This document shows, in pieces, positions 1 to 9,757 of a stretch of DNA of 64,000 nucleotides. The notes beneath the pieces were generated by a model. The model saw only the letters and a list, made by a program, of their open reading frames with translations, was not told the DNA's origin and did no database searches. The stretch is from Alphaproteobacteria bacterium (GTDB taxonomy: Bacteria; Pseudomonadota; Alphaproteobacteria; M2410): contig SBHG01000016.1 in assembly GCA_006226305.1 (NCBI GenBank), positions 10,009 to 74,008 on the forward strand, written 5' to 3'. A program made the position numbers and the translations under genes. How positions within the stretch are numbered: position 1 is the first letter of the stretch; the number at the start of each line of letters is the position of its first letter.

Positions 1-2147
1 TCGAGATCAGAAGTAGCCGAAAGCTCCCGGCTGCCAAGCTTGCCCATGGCGATAATGGCAAGATCTCCCTCAAGACGACCAAAGCGCGGCGCCAGCTCGT
101 CAGCAACGTCCTTTTGCAGCGCCTCCAGGGTCACATCGGCAATATCTGACAGCACCCTGGCACTTGTTTCGGGAGAGCAATCCCCGTGCAAAAGATTGAC
201 GCCAACGCGAAAGCGAATGTCCCGCGACCAGATACGGGCCGCATCCAGGCGCCCTTCAAAAAATGCCTCCGATGATAGCGCCGCCTCCAGGCCTTTTGCC
301 AGGGCCTCTCGGTCTTCAAGTTCAGCAAAGAAACCCGGATCGAGCAGAACCTCCAGAACCCGCGCGTTCTTCGCAAGACTGCTGGCTAGACGGGGGGCAG
401 TGCCCAAGATTTCGGCCAGCAAAACCATAAGCTGCGGATTAGACTGCAACATGGAGAATAGCTGAACCCCCGCAGGCAAACCCTCGAGAAACCTGTGAAA
501 ATTTGCCAAGGCCGCAGAAGGATTTGCGGTTTGCGACATCGCCTCCAAGAGGCTTGGAACAAGCTTTGTCAAAATGGCTCGTGTGCGCTCACTGCGCATA
601 ACCCGCAAACGACCGTGATGCCAGCCGCGGATCATTTCGGTGACATCAGAGGGTCTTTCAAATCCCATCTCTGTTAGGGTCTCAAGCGTTCCGGGATCGT
701 CCTCAACCCCGGTAAAAACCAGATTGCCATGAATATTGCCGAGGGATGGCGCTTCTTCAAAAAGTTCAGCGTAGTGGTTTTGGACCCGGCGCAAATGGCC
801 AGTCAGAACCTCGCGAAACTCCTCCACATCAACAAAGCCACAAAAATGCGCAATATGCGCCACGCCTTCCGCGGTCTTGGGCAGCATGTGGGTTTGCTCA
901 TCGGCGACCATCTGAATGCGGTGTTCGACCAAACGCAGAAACTCATAAGCCACCACAAGATCGTCACGCACTTGTGGCCTGACGATTTGAGCGGTCACCA
1001 AAGCGTCCAACGCTCCATATGTTGTTCGCGCCCGCAACGCGGGATCTTTGCCGCCACCAATGAGTTGTTGTGTTTGCGCGAAGAATTCAATCTCACGAAT
1101 GCCGCCGCGGCCCAGCTTGACATTGTGTCCTTCAATCGCGATTTCACCATGGCCCTTATGGGCGTGAATCTGCCGCTTGATCGAGTGAACGTCTTCAATC
1201 GCGGCAAAATCCAGATAGCGCCGCCAAATATAGGGCTCAAGTTGTTTTAAATACCGACGACCAGCTTCCAGATCGCCGGCGGCCGCCCGCGCTTTGATCA
1301 TGGCCGCGCGTTCCCAGTTTTGCCCCATGGTCTCGTAATAGAAATGAGCCGCATCGGTGGACAGGGCCACCGCAGTCGCTCCAGCATCAGGCCTTAAACG
1401 CAGGTCGGTTCGGAACACATAACCATCGCCGGTGGGCTCTTGCATCATTTTGACCAGGTCACGGACCAGGCGAATACAAAGTTTTTGCGGCGCGATCTTT
1501 TCCGTGACCGGCACCCGCTCCTGTTCAAAAAAGACAACAATATCGATGTCGCTGGAGTAATTCAGCTCACCGGCACCATACTTCCCCATGGCAAGGACAA
1601 AGATACCGCAGCCCTCTTCGGGTGGCCCTGCCTCTGGCAGACGGACATCCCCTTTCTCGGCATAACGGCGCAGCAAAAAACCGATAGCCGATTGCAGGGC
1701 CGTATCGGCGACGCGGCTAAGCGCGCCCGTGGTTTCCATCAGCGTCCAAAGCCCACCAATGTCGGCCATGGCGGTTAGCAACGCCGCGCGCGCTTTGAGT
1801 TGCCGAAGATGTTTCATGGCCTCGCCCATGTCGCCGGCCTCGGCCACTGCCGCTTGTGTCTCGACAATCAGAGCGTCAAGGGCCGTATTGGGATCGGTAC
1901 CCATAAAGCTCAAAAAGGCGCTGCGATTGCGCTGCACAAGTCGGGAGAGATAGGGTGAGTTGCCAAACAGGCAGCTTAGAAAAGCCCTTCCCGTCTCATC
2001 TGCCAATAAAGACATCCATTGGTCGGCTGCCTCCTCGTCAGTTTGAATGGTCCTGGTCAGATCTTCGAGAAGCTCTGCGGCATGGGTGGCATCATGAGGC
2101 AATCCAAGACCGGTAACGGTTTCGAGAAAGGGGAAGGAAGTCACAAA
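1..2147 (-). CDS. glnE: Bifunctional glutamine synthetase adenylyltransferase/adenylyl-removing enzyme GlnE. N-terminal ~715 aa are present; the C-terminus runs off the left edge of the window.
   Basis: Minus-strand translation gives GKYGAGELNYSSDIDIVVFFE and DGYVFRTDLRLRPD, the nucleotidyltransferase motifs diagnostic of GlnE (cf. E. coli GKLGGGELNFSSDIDL / DGFVYRVDMRLRP). There are no in-frame stops from 2147 down to position 1. The likely start is a GTG at about 2147, preceded by GAGGA. It is absent from the ORF track because the stop lies outside the window. Confidence 0.8.
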
Positions 2148-2239
2148 GTCCTCTTTATTGCGACATCAGTTAAAAAAAGGGCCTGCCGAAATCTCGGCTG
2201 GCCCCCTGTACTCAACTCAAAATCAGATCAGGTATCTGA

Positions 2240-2530
2240 TTATTTTTTGATGCCGGCTGCTTCCTTAAGCTGTGAAGACGGCTTAAAGCGCAATGTCTTG
2301 GAGGCCTTAATTTTGATCGGCTCACCGGTGCGCGGGTTGCGACCTTTGCGAGCTGCGCGCTTGGAAATGGTGAAGGTGCCGAAGGTGCCAATGGTGAATC
2401 TGCCATCTTTGCGGGCAGATTTCAGACCGGCTTCCATTTCGCCGAGGACCAACTCAACAGACCGCTTTGCTTCGGCCTTGCTAATATTGCCGCGCGCCGC
2501 AACGCGTTCGATAAAGTCAGCTTTGCTCAT
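2240..2530 (-). CDS. hup: HU family DNA-binding protein (HU/IHF fold)
   Basis: 96 aa. MSKADFIERVAA...GRNPRTGEPIKIKASKTLRFKPSSQLKEA is a typical HU-beta length, arm and motif (GRNPxTGE). Confidence 0.9.
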   Translation of the reverse strand: MSKADFIERVAARGNISKAEAKRSVELVLGEMEAGLKSARKDGRFTIGTFGTFTISKRAARKGRNPRTGEPIKIKASKTLRFKPSSQLKEAAGIKK

Positions 2531-2807
2531 TTACTTATCTCTCTCAAATGTAGCACTGGGGCGGGTTTGAGCCCGGCGACAGCGCTAAGTTAATGATGCG
2601 TTGGTTTAACATGATTTGCGCCTCGGAAAGAGCAAATTCGACGCAAACACCTTCGAATCGCAGATTTTTACTGGGTTTTAGACCGATTGGCGTAAAAATC
2701 GGTTCGATTTTGCCGCTCAGGGTCGCGTTTTGGTGGGCTGTCGACGTCTAAAACTGACAAAAAACGAATCAATGGGGGCTTGCTGATCGCCTGTTCGGGC
2801 CTTGGTT

Positions 2808-4229
2808 TCAGGCCGCTTGCGAATCATAAGCCGGAAAGATCATCGTGACGCGCAACCCGGGCACCTCTTTTTCCGGCTCATTGTCGGAGAAGGTCAAGCG
2901 CGCGTCATGCAACTGCGCGACCGCTGAAACGAGGGACAGCCCAAGACCGCTGCCCGGCTTGGAGCGGCTCAGCTCAAGACGGACAAAGCGGTTGCGCACT
3001 CGATCTCGATCCATTGCCGGAATACCCGGGCCTGTGTCCTTGACCGTGAGACGAATGGAATCGCGACCCTCTAGCGCGCCTTTCAAGCCCGGCTTTAAAG
3101 TGACACTGATGGCACTCCCTTCAGGGCTGTATTTGATGGCATTGTCGATCAGATTGGCGACCGCTTGGGCAATCATCTCGCGGTTTCCCCAAATGGGCGG
3201 CAGGTCATCGACATCCACCTCGAAGGACTGGCCCTTTTCTTCCGCGACAGGCTCGTAAAGCTCTGCGGTATCGCGCACAACAGAGCTGATGGAAATTTCC
3301 TTCATGGTTTCCCTTGCCGCTCCGGCCTCGGCTCGGGCAATGGCCAGCAGCGCATTAAAGGTAGAAAGAAGTTCATCGGCCTCGCGCACAGTCTCCTGCA
3401 GGGCATCTTTATACGCGTCCCCGTCATTTTCCTTCATAAGGGTGACCTCGACACGCGAGCGTATCCGGTTTAGGGGGCTCCTGAGATCATGGGCAATATT
3501 ATCGGTCACTTCGCGCATGCCCACCATAAGGCGCTCGATCTTGTCGAGCATGGCGTTGAGGTTTTGGGCAAGTTGATCCATTTCATCGCCGGTGCCGCTT
3601 AAGGGCACCCGCCGGGAGAGATCTCCGCCCATTATGTCGCGACTAGTGCGATTGAAGGCGTCAATTCTTGAGACCATATTTCGGGAAATGATAATGGCGC
3701 CCACCAGTCCGATCAAAATCGTCAGACCGAGACCCCAGTAGAGCGAGGAAATGATCCGGTTCTGCGTCTCCAGCCGCTCCTGAACGTCACGCCCCACCAG
3801 AAGGAGGAAACCGCCCTCAAGAACAAAGAACCGCCCTCGGGCGTCGTGGACCTCAGTTCCCTCTGGCGTCACGGCATCATATTTGAAATCGAAAAGAATG
3901 CCTGGTTCAATTTCATCGGTGGTCGGCCAACTAGAAAGATTGCCGGCCAGACGGCGTCGGGTGGGCGCGGTCAGCAGATAAATAGAGCCGTCATGACGCT
4001 CACTGCGATTGAGGACAATCGGGATCAACCCATTGATCTGGCGTTGTCGGTATTGCTCCGCAAGGCCGGTAATTTCTGCATTGAGTGTCTCATCGGTCTG
4101 ACGGGCCATAAAGCCGGCCGTCGACCAATAGATCCATATCAACACCAGAAAAGCACTGCCGGAAAAGACGCCAAGATAGACCATGGCGACCCGGAAGGTG
4201 GTGGATCTGATGAGGTTAAGAAACAGCAC
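2808..4229 (-). CDS. Sensor histidine kinase (two TM helices, HAMP, HisKA with H-box HDLRSPLNRI, HATPase_c)
   Basis: 473 aa. N-terminal TM segments, the phospho-His box AHDLRSPL, and G1/G2 boxes (DTGPGIP, GSGLGLSLV). It overlaps the upstream response-regulator gene by 14 nt. Confidence 0.85.
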   Translation of the reverse strand: MLFLNLIRSTTFRVAMVYLGVFSGSAFLVLIWIYWSTAGFMARQTDETLNAEITGLAEQYRQRQINGLIPIVLNRSERHDGSIYLLTAPTRRRLAGNLSSWPTTDEIEPGILFDFKYDAVTPEGTEVHDARGRFFVLEGGFLLLVGRDVQERLETQNRIISSLYWGLGLTILIGLVGAIIISRNMVSRIDAFNRTSRDIMGGDLSRRVPLSGTGDEMDQLAQNLNAMLDKIERLMVGMREVTDNIAHDLRSPLNRIRSRVEVTLMKENDGDAYKDALQETVREADELLSTFNALLAIARAEAGAARETMKEISISSVVRDTAELYEPVAEEKGQSFEVDVDDLPPIWGNREMIAQAVANLIDNAIKYSPEGSAISVTLKPGLKGALEGRDSIRLTVKDTGPGIPAMDRDRVRNRFVRLELSRSKPGSGLGLSLVSAVAQLHDARLTFSDNEPEKEVPGLRVTMIFPAYDSQAA

Positions 4230-4944
4230 GTAGCGAATATCCGGCGCCGCGGATTGTGTGGAGCAAGGGCTTTTCGAAGTTCTTGTCGATCTTTGCCCTC
4301 AGCCTCGAAATATGCACATCGATGACATTGGTTTGAGGGTCAAAATGATATTCCCAAACGTTCTCAAGAAGCATAGTGCGGGTGACGACCTGGCCCGCGT
4401 GCTTCATAAGATATTCAAGCAGCAAGAATTCACGGGGCTGCAAATCTATTGTCTGCCCGTCACGGGTGACCGTACGCGCCAGAAGATCGACCTCCAGATC
4501 ATCGACATTGAGTTTTGTTTTCACCTGCCCCGGGTTCTGGCGCCGCACCAAGGCTTCAATGCGGGCCAGTAGCTCGGAAAAGGCAAAAGGTTTGGTCAGG
4601 TAGTCGTCGCCACCCGCCTTCAGTCCCTTGACCCGGTCATCGACTTCCGCAAGCGCTGAAAGGATCAGGATGGGCGTTACGTCCCCTTGCTCTCGCAGAG
4701 TTTCGATAACCGTAAGGCCATCCATATGCGGCAACATGCGATCGACAACCAGAACATCATAGCTGCCGCCGAGGGCATTGTTCAAACCCGCCTCGCCGTC
4801 GGGAGCGTGGTCCACCAGGTGACCACTTTCCCTCAGGCCCTTAACAACATAAGCGGCGGCGTCGAGATCATCTTCAATGACTAATATTCTCATGTGATCA
4901 TTCCCAAGCAGATCCCAAGATCCTTGATCAATTGTCTCCCTCAA
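4216..4944 (-). CDS. OmpR/PhoB-family response regulator (receiver plus winged-helix)
   Basis: 242 aa. MRILVIEDD...VLVVDRMLPHMDG...DDYLTKPF receiver domain, and a C-terminal winged helix (GYSLRA). Co-oriented with and overlapping degP and the kinase. Confidence 0.9.
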   Translation of the reverse strand: MRETIDQGSWDLLGNDHMRILVIEDDLDAAAYVVKGLRESGHLVDHAPDGEAGLNNALGGSYDVLVVDRMLPHMDGLTVIETLREQGDVTPILILSALAEVDDRVKGLKAGGDDYLTKPFAFSELLARIEALVRRQNPGQVKTKLNVDDLEVDLLARTVTRDGQTIDLQPREFLLLEYLMKHAGQVVTRTMLLENVWEYHFDPQTNVIDVHISRLRAKIDKNFEKPLLHTIRGAGYSLRAVS

Positions 4945-6430
4945 GGCTCAGGGCCACAAAGCGATTGGTGTCGCGCGAGCGAATAAAGAGAAGCACATTG
5001 CTGGATCCTTTATCTTCAGCAGCTTTGATCAAATCGTTGACCTGACCGGGCGTGGTGACGATCTGATCGGCCACTTCAAGGATCACGTCACCCGGGCGAA
5101 TGCCTTTTTCCTGCGCTTCGCTATAGGGCGCGACATTGGTGACAATGACGCCCTGCACGTCGCTTGGGATACCGGCACGGCTGCGCATGGACTCATCCAG
5201 CGCGGACAGGCTCAGACCCAGTGCCGCTGCGCTCGACTGAACCATTTCTTCAGGCTGCGGGCGAACGACTTCGTCCTCGCGCTTGGCAATCTTGGCTTTT
5301 ATGGTCTTGGTCTTGCGGTCACGGATAACTTTGATCTTGGCACTGTCGTTGGGCTTTAACTTGCCAACCACCTGAGTAAGGTGGCGCGGGTCTTTGATTG
5401 TCGTGCCGTTCACGTCGGTAATGACATCACCCACTTTAAAGCCCGCGCGCTCAGCAGGACTGTCTGGCAGCACGCTGACGACAATGGCGCCCTCAGTCGA
5501 TTTAAGATCCATGCTGTCAGCTATTTCATCGGTAATTGTTTGAGGACGCACACCCAGATAGCCGCGCGCGATTTCACCCTCGTTCTTGAGCTCCTCAATA
5601 ATATCCTTGGCGGTGGAAGCTGGAATGGCGAACCCAATGCCCACGTTTCCGCCTGAAGGCGAGAAGATCAGCGTGTTGACGCCGACGACCCGTCCTTGCA
5701 AGTCGAAGGTTGGCCCACCCGAATTACCTTGATTGATAGGCGCGTCAATCTGAATGAAATCATTATAATTACCCGCCGCAATTTCGCGGCCACGGGCTGA
5801 CACGATCCCCGCGGTTACCGTTCCGCCGAGGCCAAAGGGGTTGCCAACAGCGACCACCCAATCACCGACGCGCAGATTATCTTCAGCGGCGAAGGGCACA
5901 TAAGAGAGCTGCTTATCGGAATCCACCTTCAAAAGCGCCAGGTCGGTTCCGGGGTCTCGTCCGACAAGTTTGGCGGGCAGAACATCGCCGTTGTTCAGCG
6001 TTACGGAAATCTTTTCACCGTCGGCGACCACGTGGTTGTTGGTTACGATGTAGCCTGTCGGATCGACCACAAATCCAGAACCCTCAGCGCGCACCGGACC
6101 ACGCGGCGCAGAGGGGCCGTTGCCCGGACCAAAGAAAAATTTGAAGGGTTCCGGCAAGTCGTCGAAATTCGGACCTTGCTGATTGCGCACTTCGGCAGGG
6201 ATCTCCCGTTCCACCATAATGCTCACAACGGCTGGCGAGACCGTGGCAACCAGATCCGCAAAGCTTGAAGGGGCACCATTGGGCAGGGTCGTCTGCGCGG
6301 CCTTGGGCGCAACCTTTTCGCTCAGGTTTTCTCCATTGGATTTTGCCAGGGCGGGCAGACCCAAAAATAACGCCGTTGCAAAGGCCGCTCCGGTCAGTCC
6401 GCCAGCGATGGTGCGATTAATTCCAGACAT
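4928..6430 (-). CDS. degP: Periplasmic serine endoprotease DegP/HtrA (Do family, two PDZ domains)
   Basis: 500 aa. Signal peptide, trypsin-like catalytic core (GNSGGP) and two C-terminal PDZ domains. Sits immediately downstream of the ccm genes, as in rhizobial cycHJKL-degP. Confidence 0.9.
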   Translation of the reverse strand: MSGINRTIAGGLTGAAFATALFLGLPALAKSNGENLSEKVAPKAAQTTLPNGAPSSFADLVATVSPAVVSIMVEREIPAEVRNQQGPNFDDLPEPFKFFFGPGNGPSAPRGPVRAEGSGFVVDPTGYIVTNNHVVADGEKISVTLNNGDVLPAKLVGRDPGTDLALLKVDSDKQLSYVPFAAEDNLRVGDWVVAVGNPFGLGGTVTAGIVSARGREIAAGNYNDFIQIDAPINQGNSGGPTFDLQGRVVGVNTLIFSPSGGNVGIGFAIPASTAKDIIEELKNEGEIARGYLGVRPQTITDEIADSMDLKSTEGAIVVSVLPDSPAERAGFKVGDVITDVNGTTIKDPRHLTQVVGKLKPNDSAKIKVIRDRKTKTIKAKIAKREDEVVRPQPEEMVQSSAAALGLSLSALDESMRSRAGIPSDVQGVIVTNVAPYSEAQEKGIRPGDVILEVADQIVTTPGQVNDLIKAAEDKGSSNVLLFIRSRDTNRFVALSLEGDN

Positions 6431-6585
6431 GTTGACAAGTTCCTCTAACGCTTACAGTTACGGGTTTACTTCAAGGGCATCATGCTTACCGCAATATTAC
6501 CACTTTCTTTCTGAAACATTACAAAGCATTTATGTCGGAATTGGGGCTATTCAAATCCTGGAAATGCCCGAAATGGGGTAAATCT

Positions 6586-9042
6586 TCAGTCGTCCAATAG
6601 CTCTTTCAGCCGATTTTCATCCTCGGCGCTTAAAGGGTTTTGCAAGGCAGGCTCTTTGGTCTGGCGACGAAAAACCAGCAGGACCGCCAAGCCCCCGAAC
6701 AGCAAAAGGACAACGGGCGCGCCCCAGAGCGGCAGAGTATCGGCCTGTACAGGCGGCTTCAGGAGAACAAAATCTCCATAGCGGGCGACAATATATTGAA
6801 GGACTTGGTCATCGCTGTCGCCGGCCATCAGGCGCTCGCGTACCAGAAGTCGCAAATCGCGCGCTAGTTCTGCATGGGATGAATCGATATTCTCGTTTTG
6901 ACAAACAAGGCAGCGCAGCTGTTTTGAAATTTTGCGGGCGCGTGCCTCCAATGCCGGATTGGAAAGCACTTCATCGGGCTCAACGGCATTGGCCGCCGGC
7001 ACATCACCAAAAGAGATTGAAAGGCTCAAAGCCAGAAAGAGTACTGCCGCCGCCCCTTTTGCATTGACCCCGGATTTCTTTCCACCGGCTTTGACCGGCA
7101 CGCCCATGCGAAAACGGCGATCACTTAAGGAGACAAGCCCCCCGAAGCCCATCACCAATGCGCCAAGCCAGATCCACCCGACCAGAGGATTATAATAGCT
7201 TCGCACCACCCAGGCGCTGCCCTTCGGTTCGCCCTGGGGATCACCAAGCACCACATATAAGTCACCCCTTAATGTAGCTCTGAGCCCAACCTCGGTCGTT
7301 GGCATTGATGAGACCCGGTAGACCCGGCGCTCGGAAGACAGTGTTCCAAGATCTTTGCCACCTTTTGAAACCAGAAACACGCCGCGGTGCCCATCATAAT
7401 TAGGTCCCTGGATGTTGCGCACCGAGTCCAGCGTGATGCTAAACCCGGCGACATCTCGGCTCTCCCCCATTTGCACAACAGAGATATCTTCCGTGCGCCA
7501 AGCCGATACACCGACAATGCCCATGATGGTCAAGCCGAGACCGAAATGCGCAAGGGTCATGCCCCATGCCGACCGCGGCAGACCGCGCGCGCGCGCTAAT
7601 GATGTGCCCACGGGCACGCGAAACAGCCTGATCCGATCGGTCCACTCAGAAAGTGCGCCCACGATCAGCCAGGCCGCCAGCGCCATGCCAAAGAGAGAAA
7701 GGATCGGCCCATCAGTGGTCAGCGCCGCAGTGAGAATAAGCGCCAGGAGGGCTGCTCCCGCCGCCGCGTATAGGCGCTGCATGGCCGCGATCAGATCGCC
7801 GCGTTTCCAGGCGAGCAAAGGACCCACCGGAACAAGAAGCAACAAGGGCACCATGAGCGGCCCAAAGGTCATATTAAAGAATGGCGCACCCACGGAGACT
7901 TTGAACCCAAAGGCCTCGCCAAGCAGCGGGTAAATCGTGCCGATCAACACCACGCCGGCTGCCACGGTGAGAAAGAGATTGTTCAGCAAAAGGCCGCCTT
8001 CGCGACTGATCGGAGCAAACAGGCCCCCGCCCTTGAGAACCGGGCCTCGCCAGGCAAAAAGGGCAAAGGAACCGCCAATGGCGACGAGAAGAATAGATAA
8101 AATGAATACGCCGCGGGCCGGATCAACGGCAAAGGCATGGACCGAAGTCAAGACACCCGAGCGCACCAGGAAGGTGCCAAGAAGGCTTAAGGAAAAAGCC
8201 AAGATGGCGAGCAGGATCGTCCAGGCCTTTAGGGTGCCGCGCCGTTCGACCACAATGGCCGAGTGCAACAGTGCGGTACCAACCAGCCAGGGCATGAAGG
8301 ATGCATTTTCCACCGGGTCCCAGAACCACCAGCCTCCCCAGCCAAGCTCATAATAGGCCCAATAAGACCCCAGCGCGATGCCAATGGTCAGAGCAACCCA
8401 GGCGGCCAGGGTCCATGGCCGAACCCAGCGCGCCCAGGCAGCATCGACACGGCCGCCAATCAGAGCGGCGATGGCGAAGGAAAAGGCCACTGAAAAACCG
8501 ACATAGCCCAAATATAGAAATGGCGGATGGAATGCCAGACCCGGGTCCTGCAACAAAGGATTAAGTCCATTGCCATTAGGCGCGGGAAACCGTACGCGCA
8601 AGAACGGGTTCGAGGTGAATTCAATAAACAGCAAGAAGGCAAGTCCCAACATGCCCTGCACCGCGAGCACGCGGGCGCGCAAATCCGAAGGCAAATTGCG
8701 TCCGAATGTCGCGATAGCCGCCCCGAAGATCGACAGGATAAAGACCCACAACAGCATAGAGCCTTCGTGATTTCCCCAGACGCCAGAAATTTTGTAGAGA
8801 AGCGGTTTGTCGGTGTGGGAATTTTCCCAAACGACAAGAAGCGAGAAATCCGAAACCACAAAGGCGTACATCAAGGCAAAGAAACTCGCGGCGACGAGCA
8901 AGAGCTGCATTTGCGCCGCGGGCACAGCTGTCCTCATAAGATCAAGATTGTTCTTTTGTGCCGCTATCAGAGGAATGGTCGATTGATAAAGAGCGACCAG
9001 GATCCCAAGGGCAAGACAGAAATGTCCGAACTCCGCGATCAT
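6586..9042 (-). CDS. ccmF: Cytochrome c-type biogenesis heme lyase CcmF with a CcmH(CycL)-like domain fused in frame at the C-terminus
   Basis: The N-terminus MIAEFGHFCLALGIL aligns with the E. coli CcmF start. It carries CcmF WWD and histidine motifs (WGGWWFWDPVEN). The last ~170 aa contain a signal-peptide-like stretch plus LRCLVCQNENIDS...ARYGDFVLLKPP, which is the CcmH signature. No stop codon separates the two parts. Confidence 0.8.
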   Translation of the reverse strand: MIAEFGHFCLALGILVALYQSTIPLIAAQKNNLDLMRTAVPAAQMQLLLVAASFFALMYAFVVSDFSLLVVWENSHTDKPLLYKISGVWGNHEGSMLLWVFILSIFGAAIATFGRNLPSDLRARVLAVQGMLGLAFLLFIEFTSNPFLRVRFPAPNGNGLNPLLQDPGLAFHPPFLYLGYVGFSVAFSFAIAALIGGRVDAAWARWVRPWTLAAWVALTIGIALGSYWAYYELGWGGWWFWDPVENASFMPWLVGTALLHSAIVVERRGTLKAWTILLAILAFSLSLLGTFLVRSGVLTSVHAFAVDPARGVFILSILLVAIGGSFALFAWRGPVLKGGGLFAPISREGGLLLNNLFLTVAAGVVLIGTIYPLLGEAFGFKVSVGAPFFNMTFGPLMVPLLLLVPVGPLLAWKRGDLIAAMQRLYAAAGAALLALILTAALTTDGPILSLFGMALAAWLIVGALSEWTDRIRLFRVPVGTSLARARGLPRSAWGMTLAHFGLGLTIMGIVGVSAWRTEDISVVQMGESRDVAGFSITLDSVRNIQGPNYDGHRGVFLVSKGGKDLGTLSSERRVYRVSSMPTTEVGLRATLRGDLYVVLGDPQGEPKGSAWVVRSYYNPLVGWIWLGALVMGFGGLVSLSDRRFRMGVPVKAGGKKSGVNAKGAAAVLFLALSLSISFGDVPAANAVEPDEVLSNPALEARARKISKQLRCLVCQNENIDSSHAELARDLRLLVRERLMAGDSDDQVLQYIVARYGDFVLLKPPVQADTLPLWGAPVVLLLFGGLAVLLVFRRQTKEPALQNPLSAEDENRLKELLDD

Positions 9043-9049
9043 CCGGGCG

Positions 9050-9511
9050 CTACTCTTGGCCTGACACGGCTTCGGTCTGGCCATCTTTCCAATGGCCTGA
9101 CTGCTTCAAAGCTTCCGCTGCTTCCGGGGGCATATAATTTTCATCGTGTTTGGCAAACACTGTATCGGCGACAAGTATGCCGTCCGGGGTCAGCGCTCCT
9201 TCGACAACCACGCCCTGCCCTTCCCGGAAGAGATCCGGCAAGATACCGGTATAGGTCACCTTAACGGAATGAGCCATGTCGGTGACCGCAAAGGAGATGG
9301 TTTCACCGCCGCCCTTGTGTACCGAATCGGCTTCCACCAATCCGCCAATACGTATACGTCTTCCGACCTCGACCTGGCTCGTGGCGACCTCCGATGGCGT
9401 TTGGAAAAAGACTACCTCATTCCGCAGGGCAAACATTACCAGGAGAACTGCTGCGGCAAGAGTGCCGACACCGGCGAGAATGATTGTGGTTCTTCTTTGC
9501 TTACGCGTCAT
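9050..9511 (-). CDS. ccmE: Cytochrome c-type biogenesis heme chaperone CcmE (CycJ)
   Basis: 153 aa. N-terminal TM anchor, OB-fold, and a C-terminal heme-binding region (..HDENYMPPE..). Confidence 0.9.
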   Translation of the reverse strand: MTRKQRRTTIILAGVGTLAAAVLLVMFALRNEVVFFQTPSEVATSQVEVGRRIRIGGLVEADSVHKGGGETISFAVTDMAHSVKVTYTGILPDLFREGQGVVVEGALTPDGILVADTVFAKHDENYMPPEAAEALKQSGHWKDGQTEAVSGQE

Positions 9512-9696
9512 CTTTGTTTTGAAAGTCTAGGGCAGGAGCTTACTTGCCGTTCGGGAACAATTGGATCGCACTATAACGTGTGCACTTACCCATGCAAGCA
9601 ATGTCGACCGCGTGAGCTTGCGCGCATCATGGTTTAGTCCCTTGATTCGATGTGGTCTTTCGCACGTCCGCGTCCACATGCCGCATCGCGACGGGG

Positions 9697-9757
9697 TAGG
9701 CTCAAGGCGCAGGCTCAAGGGGCAGGCTCAAGGGGCAGGCTCAAGGGGCACCTCAAG
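9697..9757. repeat. Tandem direct repeat, about 4.5 copies of a 13-bp unit (AGGCTCAAGGGGC)
   Basis: taggctcaaggcgc aggctcaaggggc aggctcaaggggc aggctcaaggggc acctcaagc. It spans the stop codon of ccmI (9728) and the ccmI-ccmE intergenic region. Confidence 0.8.

Noticed and set aside
729-1250. 173-aa plus-strand ORF (and the neighbouring 746-982 ORF) inside the glnE region
   Set aside because: They are antisense to a reading frame carrying unmistakable GlnE motifs. These are GC-rich shadow ORFs.
2570-2807. Possible tRNA or small RNA in the HU-to-histidine-kinase intergenic region (contains GGTTCGATTT)
   Set aside because: No cloverleaf could be drawn and there is no acceptor stem or anticodon arm, only a short hairpin (ACCGATT...AATCGGT). 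Treated as ordinary intergenic or terminator sequence.
8527-9264. 245-aa plus-strand ORF antisense to ccmF/ccmE, plus numerous 60-170-aa ORFs opposite ccmF
   Set aside because: Low-complexity Arg/Pro/Gly-rich translations typical of wrong-strand ORFs in high-GC DNA. The minus-strand CcmF frame is conserved.
9697-9757. Possible CRISPR array
   Set aside because: The 13-bp units are contiguous with no spacers and no cas genes. It is a simple tandem repeat.
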